Of a stretch of DNA of 64,000 nt, positions 31,800-42,004 are shown piece after piece. The notes under the pieces were generated by a model. That model searched no databases. It was not told the origin of the DNA and saw only the letters and a program-made list of their open reading frames with translations. Location of the stretch: NCBI GenBank assembly GCA_902631135.1, contig CACOXL010000002.1:4990-68989 (forward strand), given 5' to 3'. Numbering within the stretch: the stretch's first letter is position 1; each line of letters starts with the position of its first letter. The position numbers and the translations under genes are program-made. The stretch comes from an uncultured Pelagibacteraceae bacterium. GTDB taxonomy: Bacteria; Pseudomonadota; Alphaproteobacteria; Pelagibacterales; Pelagibacteraceae.

Positions 31800-33164
31800 C
31801 TAATCTAATGCATCTGAAATAAAAACATCAGTAGCGGCTCTTATTCCACTCCTATTAGCGCCGTGAACAGTTCCATAGGCACTAGCAGTAGCCTCACCCG
31901 CAAAAAAAATTCTTTCTCCAACAGGTCTTTTTAATCTAGGTCTTAAATTTGCTTTACCTGGTATTGCGCCAGAGTAAGCACCTAAAGTGAATGGATTTTT
32001 ATTCCACCCTGTGGCTATAGCTTTAACAAAATATTTATCATAAAACTTAGAGCCGAAATTCGATTTAAGTTGGTTAACGACAAAATCAATCATCGCTTGA
32101 CTACCTTCGTTTTCCAAACTTTTTGAAAATTCTCCATTTAAAGCAAAAAGACATAAATTTGTTCCACCCATTTTTAAAAGACCATAACCAATTCCTTCTG
32201 GAGATTTTGCACCATTACTTTCAATTTTAGAATAAAAATTAGTATCTTTTTTAAATTTACTAACAAATTTTTTCTTAAGTTCTATTATTACTCGATTAGA
32301 TGGTCCCATGGTAATTCCTTCAAAAGCCTCATATTTTCTAGGATGTAATTTTGGTGAAAATTTTATTTTTTCTGCTCTTAGCACACCTACAGATGTAGTT
32401 ACGATACATGCTTTAGCTTTGATTGTTCCTTTGTTAGTTTCAATTTGAACACCTTTCCCACCCCATTTTATTTCACTTACGATTGTATTTAATTTAACGG
32501 GAACATCTTTTCTATAATATGCTAACAATGTTCCATAACCTTCTCTACAAAGTGCATTTCCACTTTCCCAATAATTATCTTCATAATTTAGACTGTCGTC
32601 AGCAATAGAAAGATTATCAAAGTCTCTTGCGTTAATTGCTGCATGAGCTGTATCAAACCAAGGATTTTTTTTTAATCTTTCTGGGATTTTGTTCATCAAT
32701 GGTTCGTCTATGCCGCCTTCAGAATAAATCTTTTTTATTTTTTTATATGTGCTCCAAAAAGTACTTCCGCTTACTTTACTTTTTCCATCATAAACGACTG
32801 ATGTGGAAGGTTCGTCATAAATTTTAAATCTATCTTTATTTTCTCTACCAAATTTATAAAGTTCATTACCTTTTTTAGCATGAAGCCAATGAGCGCCATG
32901 ATCTGCTGGTAGTCCATTGAAAGATGTTGTGTCAGTGTAACATCTACCACCAATTCTATTCATCCCCTCAATACAAAGAACAGATATATTTCTTCTCATT
33001 AATTCAGCAGTAGCAGCTAAGCCTGATGATCCAGCACCAATAACAACAACGTCAGGATTAGATTGTGAAAAAGAAATACTTGGGAATGCAGCAAACACCA
33101 TTCCTGATAAAGAAGTTTTTAAAAACTGTCTTCTTCTAATATTGTTAATTAATAATTTTTTCAA
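31800..33164 (-). CDS. Flavin-containing amine oxidase family protein with Tat signal
   Basis: RRRQFLK twin-arginine motif, IGAG.SGL, RIGGR, GAHWLH, FAGEAT, GTVHGA..SG motifs. Confidence 0.88.
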   Translation of the reverse strand: MKKLLINNIRRRQFLKTSLSGMVFAAFPSISFSQSNPDVVVIGAGSSGLAATAELMRRNISVLCIEGMNRIGGRCYTDTTSFNGLPADHGAHWLHAKKGNELYKFGRENKDRFKIYDEPSTSVVYDGKSKVSGSTFWSTYKKIKKIYSEGGIDEPLMNKIPERLKKNPWFDTAHAAINARDFDNLSIADDSLNYEDNYWESGNALCREGYGTLLAYYRKDVPVKLNTIVSEIKWGGKGVQIETNKGTIKAKACIVTTSVGVLRAEKIKFSPKLHPRKYEAFEGITMGPSNRVIIELKKKFVSKFKKDTNFYSKIESNGAKSPEGIGYGLLKMGGTNLCLFALNGEFSKSLENEGSQAMIDFVVNQLKSNFGSKFYDKYFVKAIATGWNKNPFTLGAYSGAIPGKANLRPRLKRPVGERIFFAGEATASAYGTVHGANRSGIRAATDVFISDALD

Positions 33165-33201
33165 TAATTAATATTACGATTAATGAAGAGACAATGATAC
33201 C

Positions 33202-33714
33202 TTAAAAAATTGATTTAGAATATTTTTTCCAATTATCTTGATAATGTTTAGTATTTTTCCAAACTGCTTGCTTTTCCTCTTCTGTGACTTCCCTTACAAC
33301 TTTACCTGGGGATCCAACTACTAGGGAATTATCTGGTATAACTTTATTTTCAGTAATAAGAGCTTTAGCACCAATAATACAATTTTTACCAATTTTAGCT
33401 TTGTTGAGAATTACTGCTCCTATTCCAATTAGACTATTATCGCCTATCGTGCACCCGTGGAGCATAACTAAGTGTCCAATGGTTACGTCCTTTCCAACTT
33501 TTAAAGGACAGCCTGGATCTGTATGTAAAACACTTCCATCTTGAACATTTGATCCCTCACCTATGTGAATATTTTCAATATCTCCTCTTAAGGTTGCATT
33601 AAACCAAATACTAGAATTCTTTTCTAAAGTAACATCACCTATTATAGTTGCATTAGGAGCTACCCAATTTTCACCAGAGTTTTTTGGTTTTTTATCTTTT
33701 AAATCGTAAAACAT
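33202..33714 (-). CDS. Gamma-carbonic anhydrase family (YrdA-like) protein
   Basis: IGDV, LRGD, NVQD.SVLH, IGH..MLHGC hexapeptide motifs. Confidence 0.92.
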   Translation of the reverse strand: MFYDLKDKKPKNSGENWVAPNATIIGDVTLEKNSSIWFNATLRGDIENIHIGEGSNVQDGSVLHTDPGCPLKVGKDVTIGHLVMLHGCTIGDNSLIGIGAVILNKAKIGKNCIIGAKALITENKVIPDNSLVVGSPGKVVREVTEEEKQAVWKNTKHYQDNWKKYSKSIF

Positions 33715-33734
33715 AATTTATATATTATTACATT

Positions 33735-34289
33735 ATGCCAATACAAACTCCAATATGTGATTTCGGCCAAAAGGCACACGACTTTAAGCTTAAATCAACA
33801 GACAATAAAATAATTTCCTTAGAAGATATAAAAGGTGAAAATGGGACTTTGATAATGTTTATCTGTAACCATTGTCCTTATGTCAAAGCAGTCACGAGAG
33901 ATATTGTTGAGGATTGTAAACAATTAAAAGATCTAGGTGTTAATTCAGTTGCTATATGTGCAAATGATGCAGAAAACTATCCTGAAGATTCTTTTGATAA
34001 CATGATCCTATTTGCAAAAAAAAATCAATTTAACTTTCCTTATTTAGTCGACGAAACACAGGAGATTGCTAGAACTTATGATGCAGTGTGTACTCCAGAT
34101 TTTTTTGGTTATAACAAAAATTTAGAGCTTCAGTACAGAGGTAGATTAAGAGAACTTAAGAATTTAGTTCCAGTAAGAGATGGTGAAAGTGATTTGTTTA
34201 AAGCAATGAAACAAATTTCAGAAACTGGTAAAGGACCAGAACAACAAACACCAAGTGCTGGATGCAGCATTAAGTGGAAAAATAATTAA
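33735..34289 (+). CDS. Thioredoxin/AhpC-TSA family protein
   Basis: FICNHCPYV, YPEDS, AVCTPDFF, GCSIKW motifs. Confidence 0.92.
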   Translation: MPIQTPICDFGQKAHDFKLKSTDNKIISLEDIKGENGTLIMFICNHCPYVKAVTRDIVEDCKQLKDLGVNSVAICANDAENYPEDSFDNMILFAKKNQFNFPYLVDETQEIARTYDAVCTPDFFGYNKNLELQYRGRLRELKNLVPVRDGESDLFKAMKQISETGKGPEQQTPSAGCSIKWKNN

Positions 34290-35371
34290 TGTATTTGATC
34301 GTAACAAGATCTTTCCCACCTGAATTAGGCGGTATGCAAAGCTTAATGTGGGGCTTAGCTAAAGAAATGTCTAAAAACTTTATGATAAAAGTTTTTGCAG
34401 ATTATCATGAAAATCACAAAGAGTTTGATAAAGAGGTTAATTTTTCGATTGAAAGAATTAGGGGAATTAAGTTTTTAAGGAAAATAAGAAAAGCTCAATT
34501 AATAAATGAATTTTTAAAAGATAATAAAGTTCAAGGAATTATTGCAGATCACTGGAAAAGCCTAGAGTTAATTCAAACAGATAAAAAAAAATACTGTCTT
34601 ATACACGGTAAAGAAATTAATCATCCAAAGAACAGTTCACAAAATAAAAGAATTATCAAAATTTTAAACAATGTGGAAAAAGTAATCGCTAACTCTGAAT
34701 ATACAAAAAATTTAGCTATAGAAAATGGAGTTGAACAAAATAAAGTTATAGTAATCAATCCAGGGGTTGAACCAGTAAAAGAATTAAATAAAAAATCATT
34801 AGAAAAAGTTGAAAGTCTTCTTAAGATTAAAACTCCACGTCTGATAACTGTTTCAAGGTTTGATAAAAGAAAAAATCATGAAAAAGTATTAATGGCTTTA
34901 AGAAATTTAAAACAAATATATCCTGATATTGTTTATATCTGCATTGGTTATGGTGATGAAGAAGAAAATATAAAAAGCCTTGTGAAAGAACTTAATTTAG
35001 GAGGACAAGTAATGTTTTTCAAAGATATTGGTGATGATTTGAAAAATGCTTTAATTGCTAAGTCAAATATTTTTGTTATGCCATCAATTATACACAAAAC
35101 TTCTGTAGAGGGATTTGGTATTGCTTATGTTGAGGCTGCACAATATGGTGTTGCATCTCTTGGAGGCAAAGATGGAGGCGCATCTGACGCAATAAGTCAC
35201 GATAAAACAGGTTTAATCTGTGATGGAAACAATCTAGATGATATTTATTCATCATTGAATTCAATGATTGAAAATAAAAAATATCACCTGTTTGGTAAAA
35301 ATGCCAAAGAATATGTTTCTAAATTTAAATGGGAAAAAATATTAGAAGAGTACAAAAAAATTCTTAATTAA
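34289..35371 (+). CDS. GT4 glycosyltransferase
   Basis: FPP..GGM, HGKE, R...RK, EGFGIAYVEA motifs. Confidence 0.92.
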   Translation: MYLIVTRSFPPELGGMQSLMWGLAKEMSKNFMIKVFADYHENHKEFDKEVNFSIERIRGIKFLRKIRKAQLINEFLKDNKVQGIIADHWKSLELIQTDKKKYCLIHGKEINHPKNSSQNKRIIKILNNVEKVIANSEYTKNLAIENGVEQNKVIVINPGVEPVKELNKKSLEKVESLLKIKTPRLITVSRFDKRKNHEKVLMALRNLKQIYPDIVYICIGYGDEEENIKSLVKELNLGGQVMFFKDIGDDLKNALIAKSNIFVMPSIIHKTSVEGFGIAYVEAAQYGVASLGGKDGGASDAISHDKTGLICDGNNLDDIYSSLNSMIENKKYHLFGKNAKEYVSKFKWEKILEEYKKILN

Positions 35372-36870
35372 GATTTCTTTTTTTTTAAAGTTTTATAGAT
35401 ATGCCAAAGAACTATCAGTATTGTTGTAACTAATATGCAAACTGTAAGAGTTCTATCCCATAAAAATTCCCATGAACCATTACTTAAAAGTAATGATCTT
35501 CTTAAATTTTCTTCCATTAGACCACCAAGAACAAAGGCTAATATCAATGGAGGCATTGGAAAATCATAAAGTCTCAAGAAAGTTGCAACAACTGCTATTC
35601 CAATCATCAAATAAATATCAAAATTATTAAATGACATTACGTAAATTCCTGTGATGGAAAAAAATAAGATTAATGGAATTAAATAATTTTTTGGAACTGC
35701 AAGAATTCTAGCAATATAAGGAATTAAAGGAAGGTTAAGTATTAATAAGATAACCATTCCAATATACATTGACATAATTACTGACCAAAAAATTTCAGGA
35801 TTAGTCATATAAAGTCGTGGACCGGGCTGTATTCCAAATCCTAAAAGCGCACCTAACATAACGGCAGTAGTTCCGCTACCCGGTATACCTAATGTTAACA
35901 TTGGAACAAATGAACCTGAACAAGCTGCATTATTTGCTGTCTCAGGTGCAGATAATCCATTAACACTTCCCTTTCCAAACTTTTCTTTTTCCTCATCTTT
36001 AACCAAATTTCTTTCCATCCCATAAGCTAAGAATGATGCTATAGTTGCTCCAGCTCCAGGCAGAACACCTATTAAAAAACCAATAACAGAGGATCTTGGA
36101 ATAGTTTTGTACATTTTGCTTCGTTCTTCTTTATTAATTTTTATTGAACCTAGTTCTGTTAAAGAAACTTGTTTAGCAGCAGATGTTGGATCATTTCTTT
36201 TTAAAATTATAGTTAAAGCTTCACTCATAGCAAAAGTTGCCATCACAACAAGAACGAAACTTATTCCATCAGTCAAATTCATATTATTAAATGTAAATCT
36301 TGTAATATCTGATAAAGAGTCTTGTCCAACTGATGCTAACATTAATCCAAGCACTACCATCATCATTGCTTTTAAAAACTGCCCTTTTGATGAAAATGCT
36401 GCAATAGCTGTTAATCCTAAAATCATTAATGCAAAATAATCAGGTGATCTAAATGATAAACTTACTTTAGATAAGCTTGGAGCCATAAATAATAAATAAA
36501 TTGCAGATAATGTTCCTCCTGCGAATGAACTCCATGCTGCGATTGCTAAAGCTTTACCAGCCTTTCCTTGTTGTGCCATTGGATATCCATCAAATGAAGT
36601 TGCGACTGTTCCTGGAACACCTGGAGCATTTAATAAGATTGAAGATGTTGAGCCACCAAAAACTGCACCATAATAAACTCCTGCCATTAAAATTAATCCA
36701 GTAGCAGGGTCAAAACCATATGTAATTGGTATCATTAAAGCGATTGCTGTCATTGGACCAAGACCTGGTAGCATTCCAATGATTGTTCCAAAGAAACAAC
36801 CAATCATCACCATAAAGATATTTTGAAATGTAAGTGCTGTAGTTAAACCAATTAGAATTCCTTCTATCAT
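35368..36870 (-). CDS. tctA: Tripartite tricarboxylate transporter large permease
   Basis: G.LPGLG, YYGA.FGGS, DGYPMA, PETANNA, LTLGIPGS motifs. Confidence 0.96.
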   Translation of the reverse strand: MIEGILIGLTTALTFQNIFMVMIGCFFGTIIGMLPGLGPMTAIALMIPITYGFDPATGLILMAGVYYGAVFGGSTSSILLNAPGVPGTVATSFDGYPMAQQGKAGKALAIAAWSSFAGGTLSAIYLLFMAPSLSKVSLSFRSPDYFALMILGLTAIAAFSSKGQFLKAMMMVVLGLMLASVGQDSLSDITRFTFNNMNLTDGISFVLVVMATFAMSEALTIILKRNDPTSAAKQVSLTELGSIKINKEERSKMYKTIPRSSVIGFLIGVLPGAGATIASFLAYGMERNLVKDEEKEKFGKGSVNGLSAPETANNAACSGSFVPMLTLGIPGSGTTAVMLGALLGFGIQPGPRLYMTNPEIFWSVIMSMYIGMVILLILNLPLIPYIARILAVPKNYLIPLILFFSITGIYVMSFNNFDIYLMIGIAVVATFLRLYDFPMPPLILAFVLGGLMEENLRRSLLLSNGSWEFLWDRTLTVCILVTTILIVLWHIYKTLKKKKS

Positions 36871-37337
36871 CCCATCACTCCAATTGATTTTAAAAAGGGA
36901 TCTCTTAAATAAATATCAAGAACTCCGTGAAGCAAATACATAAATGCTGCAACAAATGGGAAAGATAATAAGAACATTAATTTCCATCTTCTTTCACCTA
37001 AAAAATAATATGAAGCAAATAAAAACAAAGAAGTAGTTAAAAAGTATCCGACTTTTAAAATTGTTGCTCCATAAATAATTGCAATAAGAATTAATATTCC
37101 TGTTTTTTTGTACTCTAAAGTTTTATGTTCAACTTCAATTGTTTCAGGGTCAGGTAAAATTAATTTCAAACCTGAAAAAAATAAACCAGTATATCCTAAA
37201 TAAATTGGGAAAGTTCTTGCATTAAAAGGTGCATTTTCATCAAATGCAAATACTTGAATTTGGTATGCAGTATATAAATAAAATGCTGAAAAAATAAAAA
37301 AGAGCAGTGATATAATTTTTGTAGTATTTATATTCAC
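36867..37337 (-). CDS. tctB: Tripartite tricarboxylate transporter small permease
   Basis: Four TMs, AR.FP motif, between tctC and tctA; GTG start. Confidence 0.9.
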   Translation of the reverse strand: MNINTTKIISLLFFIFSAFYLYTAYQIQVFAFDENAPFNARTFPIYLGYTGLFFSGLKLILPDPETIEVEHKTLEYKKTGILILIAIIYGATILKVGYFLTTSLFLFASYYFLGERRWKLMFLLSFPFVAAFMYLLHGVLDIYLRDPFLKSIGVMG

Positions 37338-37365
37338 TGCTCTTTTAATTAATTAATCCTAAGGA

Positions 37366-38346
37366 TTAAATAACTCCTAATTTTTTCATAAGAGCTGTCA
37401 TTTCTTTAGTTTGAGTTTTTAAAAACTTAACAAACTTTTTATCTGGATTATAAATGTTAACCCAAGCATTTCTTGCTCTTACAGCTTCCCATTCAGGAGT
37501 TTTTTGTACATCACCTAACATTTTTGCAATAGTTTTTTTGTCTTTATTGCTCATGCCTGGAGGACCAAAAAATCCTCTCCAGTTAACGAATTGTACATCA
37601 TATCCTTGTTCTTTAAGTGTTGGTGCATCTGGTGCATCAGCAACTCTCTCAGGTGCAGTAATACCAATAATTCTTACTTGGTCTCTTGCTCCCATAAGTT
37701 CACCTAAACCTGTAGAAATGATTTGTGTTTCTCCAGATAAAAGTCCAGCTAATGCCTTACCACCTGCATCGTAAGGAATGTAAGCTACATCATTTGGATT
37801 TGCTCCAGCAGCTTGAAATGCTAAAGCACCAATCAAATGGTCCATACTTCCTCTAACAGAACCACCAGCCATTTTTATTGAACTAGGGTTTGCTTTGTAT
37901 GCATCAACAACATCTTTAAAGTTTTTGTAGGGTGAGTCTTTTGCAACTGCGATTGCACCGTAGTCACCAATTACTCCAGCAATTGGCACAACATCTTTAT
38001 AAGATAAAGTTCCACTACCACTTACATAGCCTTTGTGTCTTGTAATTGATCTTAAAACTAATGGTGTTGATTGTACTAAGATTGTATTTTCAGGCTTAGT
38101 ATTAATCATGTAAGCAAGTGCTTTACCACCACCACCACCTGACATATTTTCAAAAGATGCACTTTTTAAAAAGCCAGCTTTTGTTAAAGCTTCTCCAGTA
38201 CCTCTAGCAGTTCCATCCCAACCACCACCAGCACCACCACCAATTACAAAGTGTAATTTTTCAATTGCAATTGAGTTAACTGTTGTTGATGATAATAAAA
38301 GAGCAGCAGAGAATAAAACTGAAAAAAAAGATTTAATTAGTTTCAT
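37366..38346 (-). CDS. tctC: Tripartite tricarboxylate transporter substrate-binding protein
   Basis: Signal peptide, GGGWD.TAR, N.SGGGG, PTLKEQG, NWRGFFGPPG motifs; GAGAGGA SD. Confidence 0.95.
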   Translation of the reverse strand: MKLIKSFFSVLFSAALLLSSTTVNSIAIEKLHFVIGGGAGGGWDGTARGTGEALTKAGFLKSASFENMSGGGGGKALAYMINTKPENTILVQSTPLVLRSITRHKGYVSGSGTLSYKDVVPIAGVIGDYGAIAVAKDSPYKNFKDVVDAYKANPSSIKMAGGSVRGSMDHLIGALAFQAAGANPNDVAYIPYDAGGKALAGLLSGETQIISTGLGELMGARDQVRIIGITAPERVADAPDAPTLKEQGYDVQFVNWRGFFGPPGMSNKDKKTIAKMLGDVQKTPEWEAVRARNAWVNIYNPDKKFVKFLKTQTKEMTALMKKLGVI

Positions 38347-38378
38347 TATTTCCTCTCATTGTTATATTTATGAACGTG

Positions 38379-38407
38379 ATTAAACATATTTTATGTAATC
38401 TAGTCAA
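38379..38407 (-). promoter_or_regulatory. Probable sigma70 promoter of tctCBA
   Basis: Minus strand TTGACT-N17(ending TG)-TTTAAT about 32 nt before the tctC ATG. Confidence 0.6.
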
Positions 38408-38425
38408 CAACCAAAGATAGAATGC

Positions 38426-39505
38426 ATGTTAAAAGCGATTCACCTAAACCGAGAAAATTTTAATCAATTATTTTCAAAAAAATTCTTCATTGTAATTCTA
38501 ATCTCTATACCAAGTGCAATTATTGCTGATTATGTAAATATTCCACTTGCTTGGATGATAGGTCCAATGATTGCAACATCTCTAATTGCTTTAAAAGGCT
38601 TTCAAGTTTTAATGCCAAAATTAGCTCTTAGTTCAATATTGATTATTTTAGGATTACATATTGGAAATTATATTGATCAAAATTTACTTACCCAAATGGT
38701 TAATTGGATTTGGACAACAGTTATAATGTTTTTTTATATTGTTGTTAGTATTTTAATTGTTTCAAAATATTTACAAAAATTTTCGGGTTATAAAGAAAAG
38801 ACATCGATATTTTCAGCTGCACCAGGTGCCTTAGGTCCTTTAATGATTTTGGCTGAATATGAAAAATCAGATTTATCTCAAGTTGCAACTGCACACTTAA
38901 TCAGGTTGATAATAATCATAACTTTATTTCCTTTTATAATTGTTACTCTTTACCCAGCAGAGGCTCTAGAACTAAAAAAATTCGATTACATGTCTCAAAA
39001 CCATTTGGATTTAGTTTTGTTAATAATAGCTTCATTAATATTTATATTTTTTTTTGATAAAGCTAAAATACCTGCAGCTCTACTTTCAGGAACATTGGTT
39101 GCTAGTGGTTTCTTGCAGATATTGGATATTGCCTCATATAAACTACCAGATGCGTCAATTAATTTTTGCTTACTTATTTTAGGAGCCTCGGTTGGATGTA
39201 GATTTGCAAACAAAAGTTTTAGAGAAGTTGCAAATAATTCATTTCATGGATTGATCGCGACAATACTTTTAGTTTTATTGGGCTTTGTAGCCGCGTATAT
39301 TGCAACATTTTTTGTTGACACTAATTTTTTTAGTTTAATTTTATCTTTTTGTCCTGGTGGAATTTACGAGGTAGCTGTTATAGCTATTGCTTTTGATTTA
39401 GAACCTGACTTTGTTGCTTTTCACCATATTATAAGATTACTATTTATATTATTCATTGTTCCTGTAATTTTGAGATTATTAGAAAAAACTAAGATAAAGA
39501 ATTAG
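38426..39505 (+). CDS. AbrB-family (membrane-type) protein
   Basis: Duplicated P.AW..GP / PAALL.G and PGA / PGG.YE repeats, H..RL motifs; divergent from tctC. Confidence 0.88.
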   Translation: MLKAIHLNRENFNQLFSKKFFIVILISIPSAIIADYVNIPLAWMIGPMIATSLIALKGFQVLMPKLALSSILIILGLHIGNYIDQNLLTQMVNWIWTTVIMFFYIVVSILIVSKYLQKFSGYKEKTSIFSAAPGALGPLMILAEYEKSDLSQVATAHLIRLIIIITLFPFIIVTLYPAEALELKKFDYMSQNHLDLVLLIIASLIFIFFFDKAKIPAALLSGTLVASGFLQILDIASYKLPDASINFCLLILGASVGCRFANKSFREVANNSFHGLIATILLVLLGFVAAYIATFFVDTNFFSLILSFCPGGIYEVAVIAIAFDLEPDFVAFHHIIRLLFILFIVPVILRLLEKTKIKN

Positions 39506-40430
39506 ATAACCTTTCAAAAACTTTTTCAGCACTTAAGTTATTCAAATCACTTACCTCAATAGCCTTAAAATTTTCTCTTTCAATACTTACTTTATAAGCT
39601 GTTGTATGTTTACCAAATAACGCAAAACCTTTAGCTTCCACATGAGCTGTAATATGAGCAGGACCAGTGTCATTAGCAACTACAAAAGAACTACCTTTTA
39701 TTAATGACGTTAATTGAGAAATATTTAGCGCTCTTCCGTTATCTAATAAGGCTAGTGCGTTTATATCTTTGGCATCATTAATTTCTGATGGGCCAGGAGC
39801 AGTTACAATTTTATACTCATCATTATATCTGTCTGAAATTAATTCTATAAGTTTATTATAATGTGGCCACTTTTTAATAATTAAATGTGGTGAACAAAAG
39901 GGAAATAATAGAATATATTTATCTAGCTTATAAAAATTTTTTATTTCACTTATATCTGTAGCAGCCCAACTAAAATCTGGTTTTAAAATACTTGAGGTAT
40001 TTAAGCCAGACTCTCGTAATTGATGATCAAATCTTTCAAGCACTGAAACTTTATCAAATTCTTCTTTATTTTTATCTGATGGCAACGTTGTGATTGAACT
40101 TGACCAAATTTCCTTACCAGCTTTTGGAAAAAGAATATTTTTGTAAAAATTAGTCCTAGAGGAATTTTGAAGATCAAAAACTTTTGAAAATTTATGTTTC
40201 TTTAGCTCTCTCATTAGAAAATATAAATAAATTAAATTATATCTTGGTAATCTTTTGTCTAAAATTACCTCATGAATGAAAGGATTTTTCTTAAATAAAT
40301 CAAAGTAAGGTTTGGTTGTAAGTAGAAATATTTGATCATTTTTATGGTTTTCAGATATGTCTTGAATTGCACCACTTGCTTGGGCTATATCTCCTAATGA
40401 TCCGTGTTTAATAATTAAAATATTAGACAT
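39489..40430 (-). CDS. GT9 (heptosyltransferase-like) glycosyltransferase
   Basis: ILIIK.GSLGD, DLQ, K.WP, ANDTGPAH motifs. Confidence 0.92.
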   Translation of the reverse strand: MSNILIIKHGSLGDIAQASGAIQDISENHKNDQIFLLTTKPYFDLFKKNPFIHEVILDKRLPRYNLIYLYFLMRELKKHKFSKVFDLQNSSRTNFYKNILFPKAGKEIWSSSITTLPSDKNKEEFDKVSVLERFDHQLRESGLNTSSILKPDFSWAATDISEIKNFYKLDKYILLFPFCSPHLIIKKWPHYNKLIELISDRYNDEYKIVTAPGPSEINDAKDINALALLDNGRALNISQLTSLIKGSSFVVANDTGPAHITAHVEAKGFALFGKHTTAYKVSIERENFKAIEVSDLNNLSAEKVFERLSNSLS

Positions 40431-40462
40431 ATTTATAACAAGATAACACAGTATTAAATTTT

Positions 40463-40852
40463 ATGAATAAAATTATAGTAGAAGTTTCAATTGGAGAGCT
40501 TTTAGACAAAATTTCAATTTTAGAGATTAAGCAAGAAAAAATAAAAGATCCTGAAAAGCTAAAATTTATTAACAACGAACATTCCATCTTGAAAGATCAA
40601 TTTAAAAAGAGTGTTAAGTCTGATGACAAGCTCAATGATCTTTATCAATCTTTAAAAAAAATAAATGCTAAGCTTTGGATTATTGAAGATGATAAGAGAC
40701 AATGTGAAAAAGATAAAGATTTTGGCGAAAAATTTGTTAAACTTTCAAGAGATGTCCATTTTTTGAATGATGATCGTGCAAAAATTAAATTAGATATTAA
40801 CAATCATACAGGGTCGGCAATCAAAGAAATTAAAGAGTATACCAATTATTAA
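40463..40852 (+). CDS. Conserved hypothetical protein (DUF6165-like)
   Basis: VS.GEL.DKISILEIK, IN.KLW.IED..R, ND.RA.IK..IN, E.KEY motifs. Confidence 0.8.
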   Translation: MNKIIVEVSIGELLDKISILEIKQEKIKDPEKLKFINNEHSILKDQFKKSVKSDDKLNDLYQSLKKINAKLWIIEDDKRQCEKDKDFGEKFVKLSRDVHFLNDDRAKIKLDINNHTGSAIKEIKEYTNY

Positions 40853-42004
40853 ATGGGACTTCATTTTTCAAAAGAAGAATTTAAATCAAGAAAATCTAAA
40901 GTTTTAAATTTAATGAAGAAGCAAAATATAGATGCTCTTTTAATGTTTCGACAAGAATCTATGTATTGGTTAACTGGTTATGACACATTTGGATATGTTT
41001 TTTTCCAAACATTAATTTTGGATAAAAATGGAAAAACAATATTACTAACTAGAGCTCCTGATTTAAGACAAGCACAAAACACATCGAATATAGAGGATAT
41101 AAGAATTTGGGTTGATAAAGATAAATCTAACCCAATTGATGATCTAAAAATTATTTTAGATGAATTAAATCTTAAAGGAAAAAAATTAGGAGTTGAGTAT
41201 GAAGCCTACGGCTTGACTGGACGTAATGCACTTCGACTTAACAATTCTTTAGAAAATTATTCTAGTGTAGAAGATAAGTCAGACTTAATAACAAAGTTAA
41301 GAGTAGTTAAGTCTAAAGAAGAAATTGTTTATGTAAAAAAAGCTGCAGAACTTGCAGATAAAGCCTTGGATGAAGTGTGGAAACATGCAAAAGCTGGCGT
41401 GAATGAGTCTAAAATATTAGCAGAAATGAATAGAGTTATTTTTGAAGGAGGTGGTGATTATCCTGCAAATGAATTTATTATTGGATCAGGGAAAAATGCT
41501 CTTCTTTGTCGTTATCAAGCAGAAAAACAAATTTTAAATGATCAAGATCAATTAACTGTAGAATGGGCTGGAACTTACAGACATTATCATTCTGCAATGT
41601 TTAGAACTATTCCTATTGGTAAAGCAGATCCTAAACATCATAAAATGCATGAAGCTTGTGTTGAAGCATTAAAAAATTGTGAAAATAAATTAATACCAGG
41701 AAATAAAATTGGAGAAGTTTTTGATGTTCATGCAAAAACTTTTGATGATCTTGGTTATAATAAAGCAAGAATGAATGCATGTGGTTATTCCTTAGGTACT
41801 ACTTTTTCTCCTAACTGGATGGATTGGCCAATGCTTTATACTAGTAATCCCTACGTTATCGAACCAGGTAACGTATTTTTTATGCATATGATTTTAATGG
41901 ACTCTGAAAATCAATTAGCAATGAATTTAGGTGAAACTTACTTGGTTACTGATAAAGGTAATGAAAGATTAGGTAAGCAAAAACTGGATCTAGTTATTCT
42001 TTAA
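40853..42004 (+). CDS. M24/creatinase-fold amidohydrolase (Xaa-Pro peptidase family, DoeA-like)
   Basis: M.WLTGYD, LR.VKS..EI, EWAG.Y..YH....RT, GYSLG, LGET motifs. Confidence 0.85.
   Translation: MGLHFSKEEFKSRKSKVLNLMKKQNIDALLMFRQESMYWLTGYDTFGYVFFQTLILDKNGKTILLTRAPDLRQAQNTSNIEDIRIWVDKDKSNPIDDLKIILDELNLKGKKLGVEYEAYGLTGRNALRLNNSLENYSSVEDKSDLITKLRVVKSKEEIVYVKKAAELADKALDEVWKHAKAGVNESKILAEMNRVIFEGGGDYPANEFIIGSGKNALLCRYQAEKQILNDQDQLTVEWAGTYRHYHSAMFRTIPIGKADPKHHKMHEACVEALKNCENKLIPGNKIGEVFDVHAKTFDDLGYNKARMNACGYSLGTTFSPNWMDWPMLYTSNPYVIEPGNVFFMHMILMDSENQLAMNLGETYLVTDKGNERLGKQKLDLVIL

Noticed and set aside
38426-39505. 'Putative ammonia monooxygenase' interpretation
   Set aside because: That label is attached to the membrane AbrB family; there are no amoCAB genes, and its position beside tctCBA is a common arrangement.
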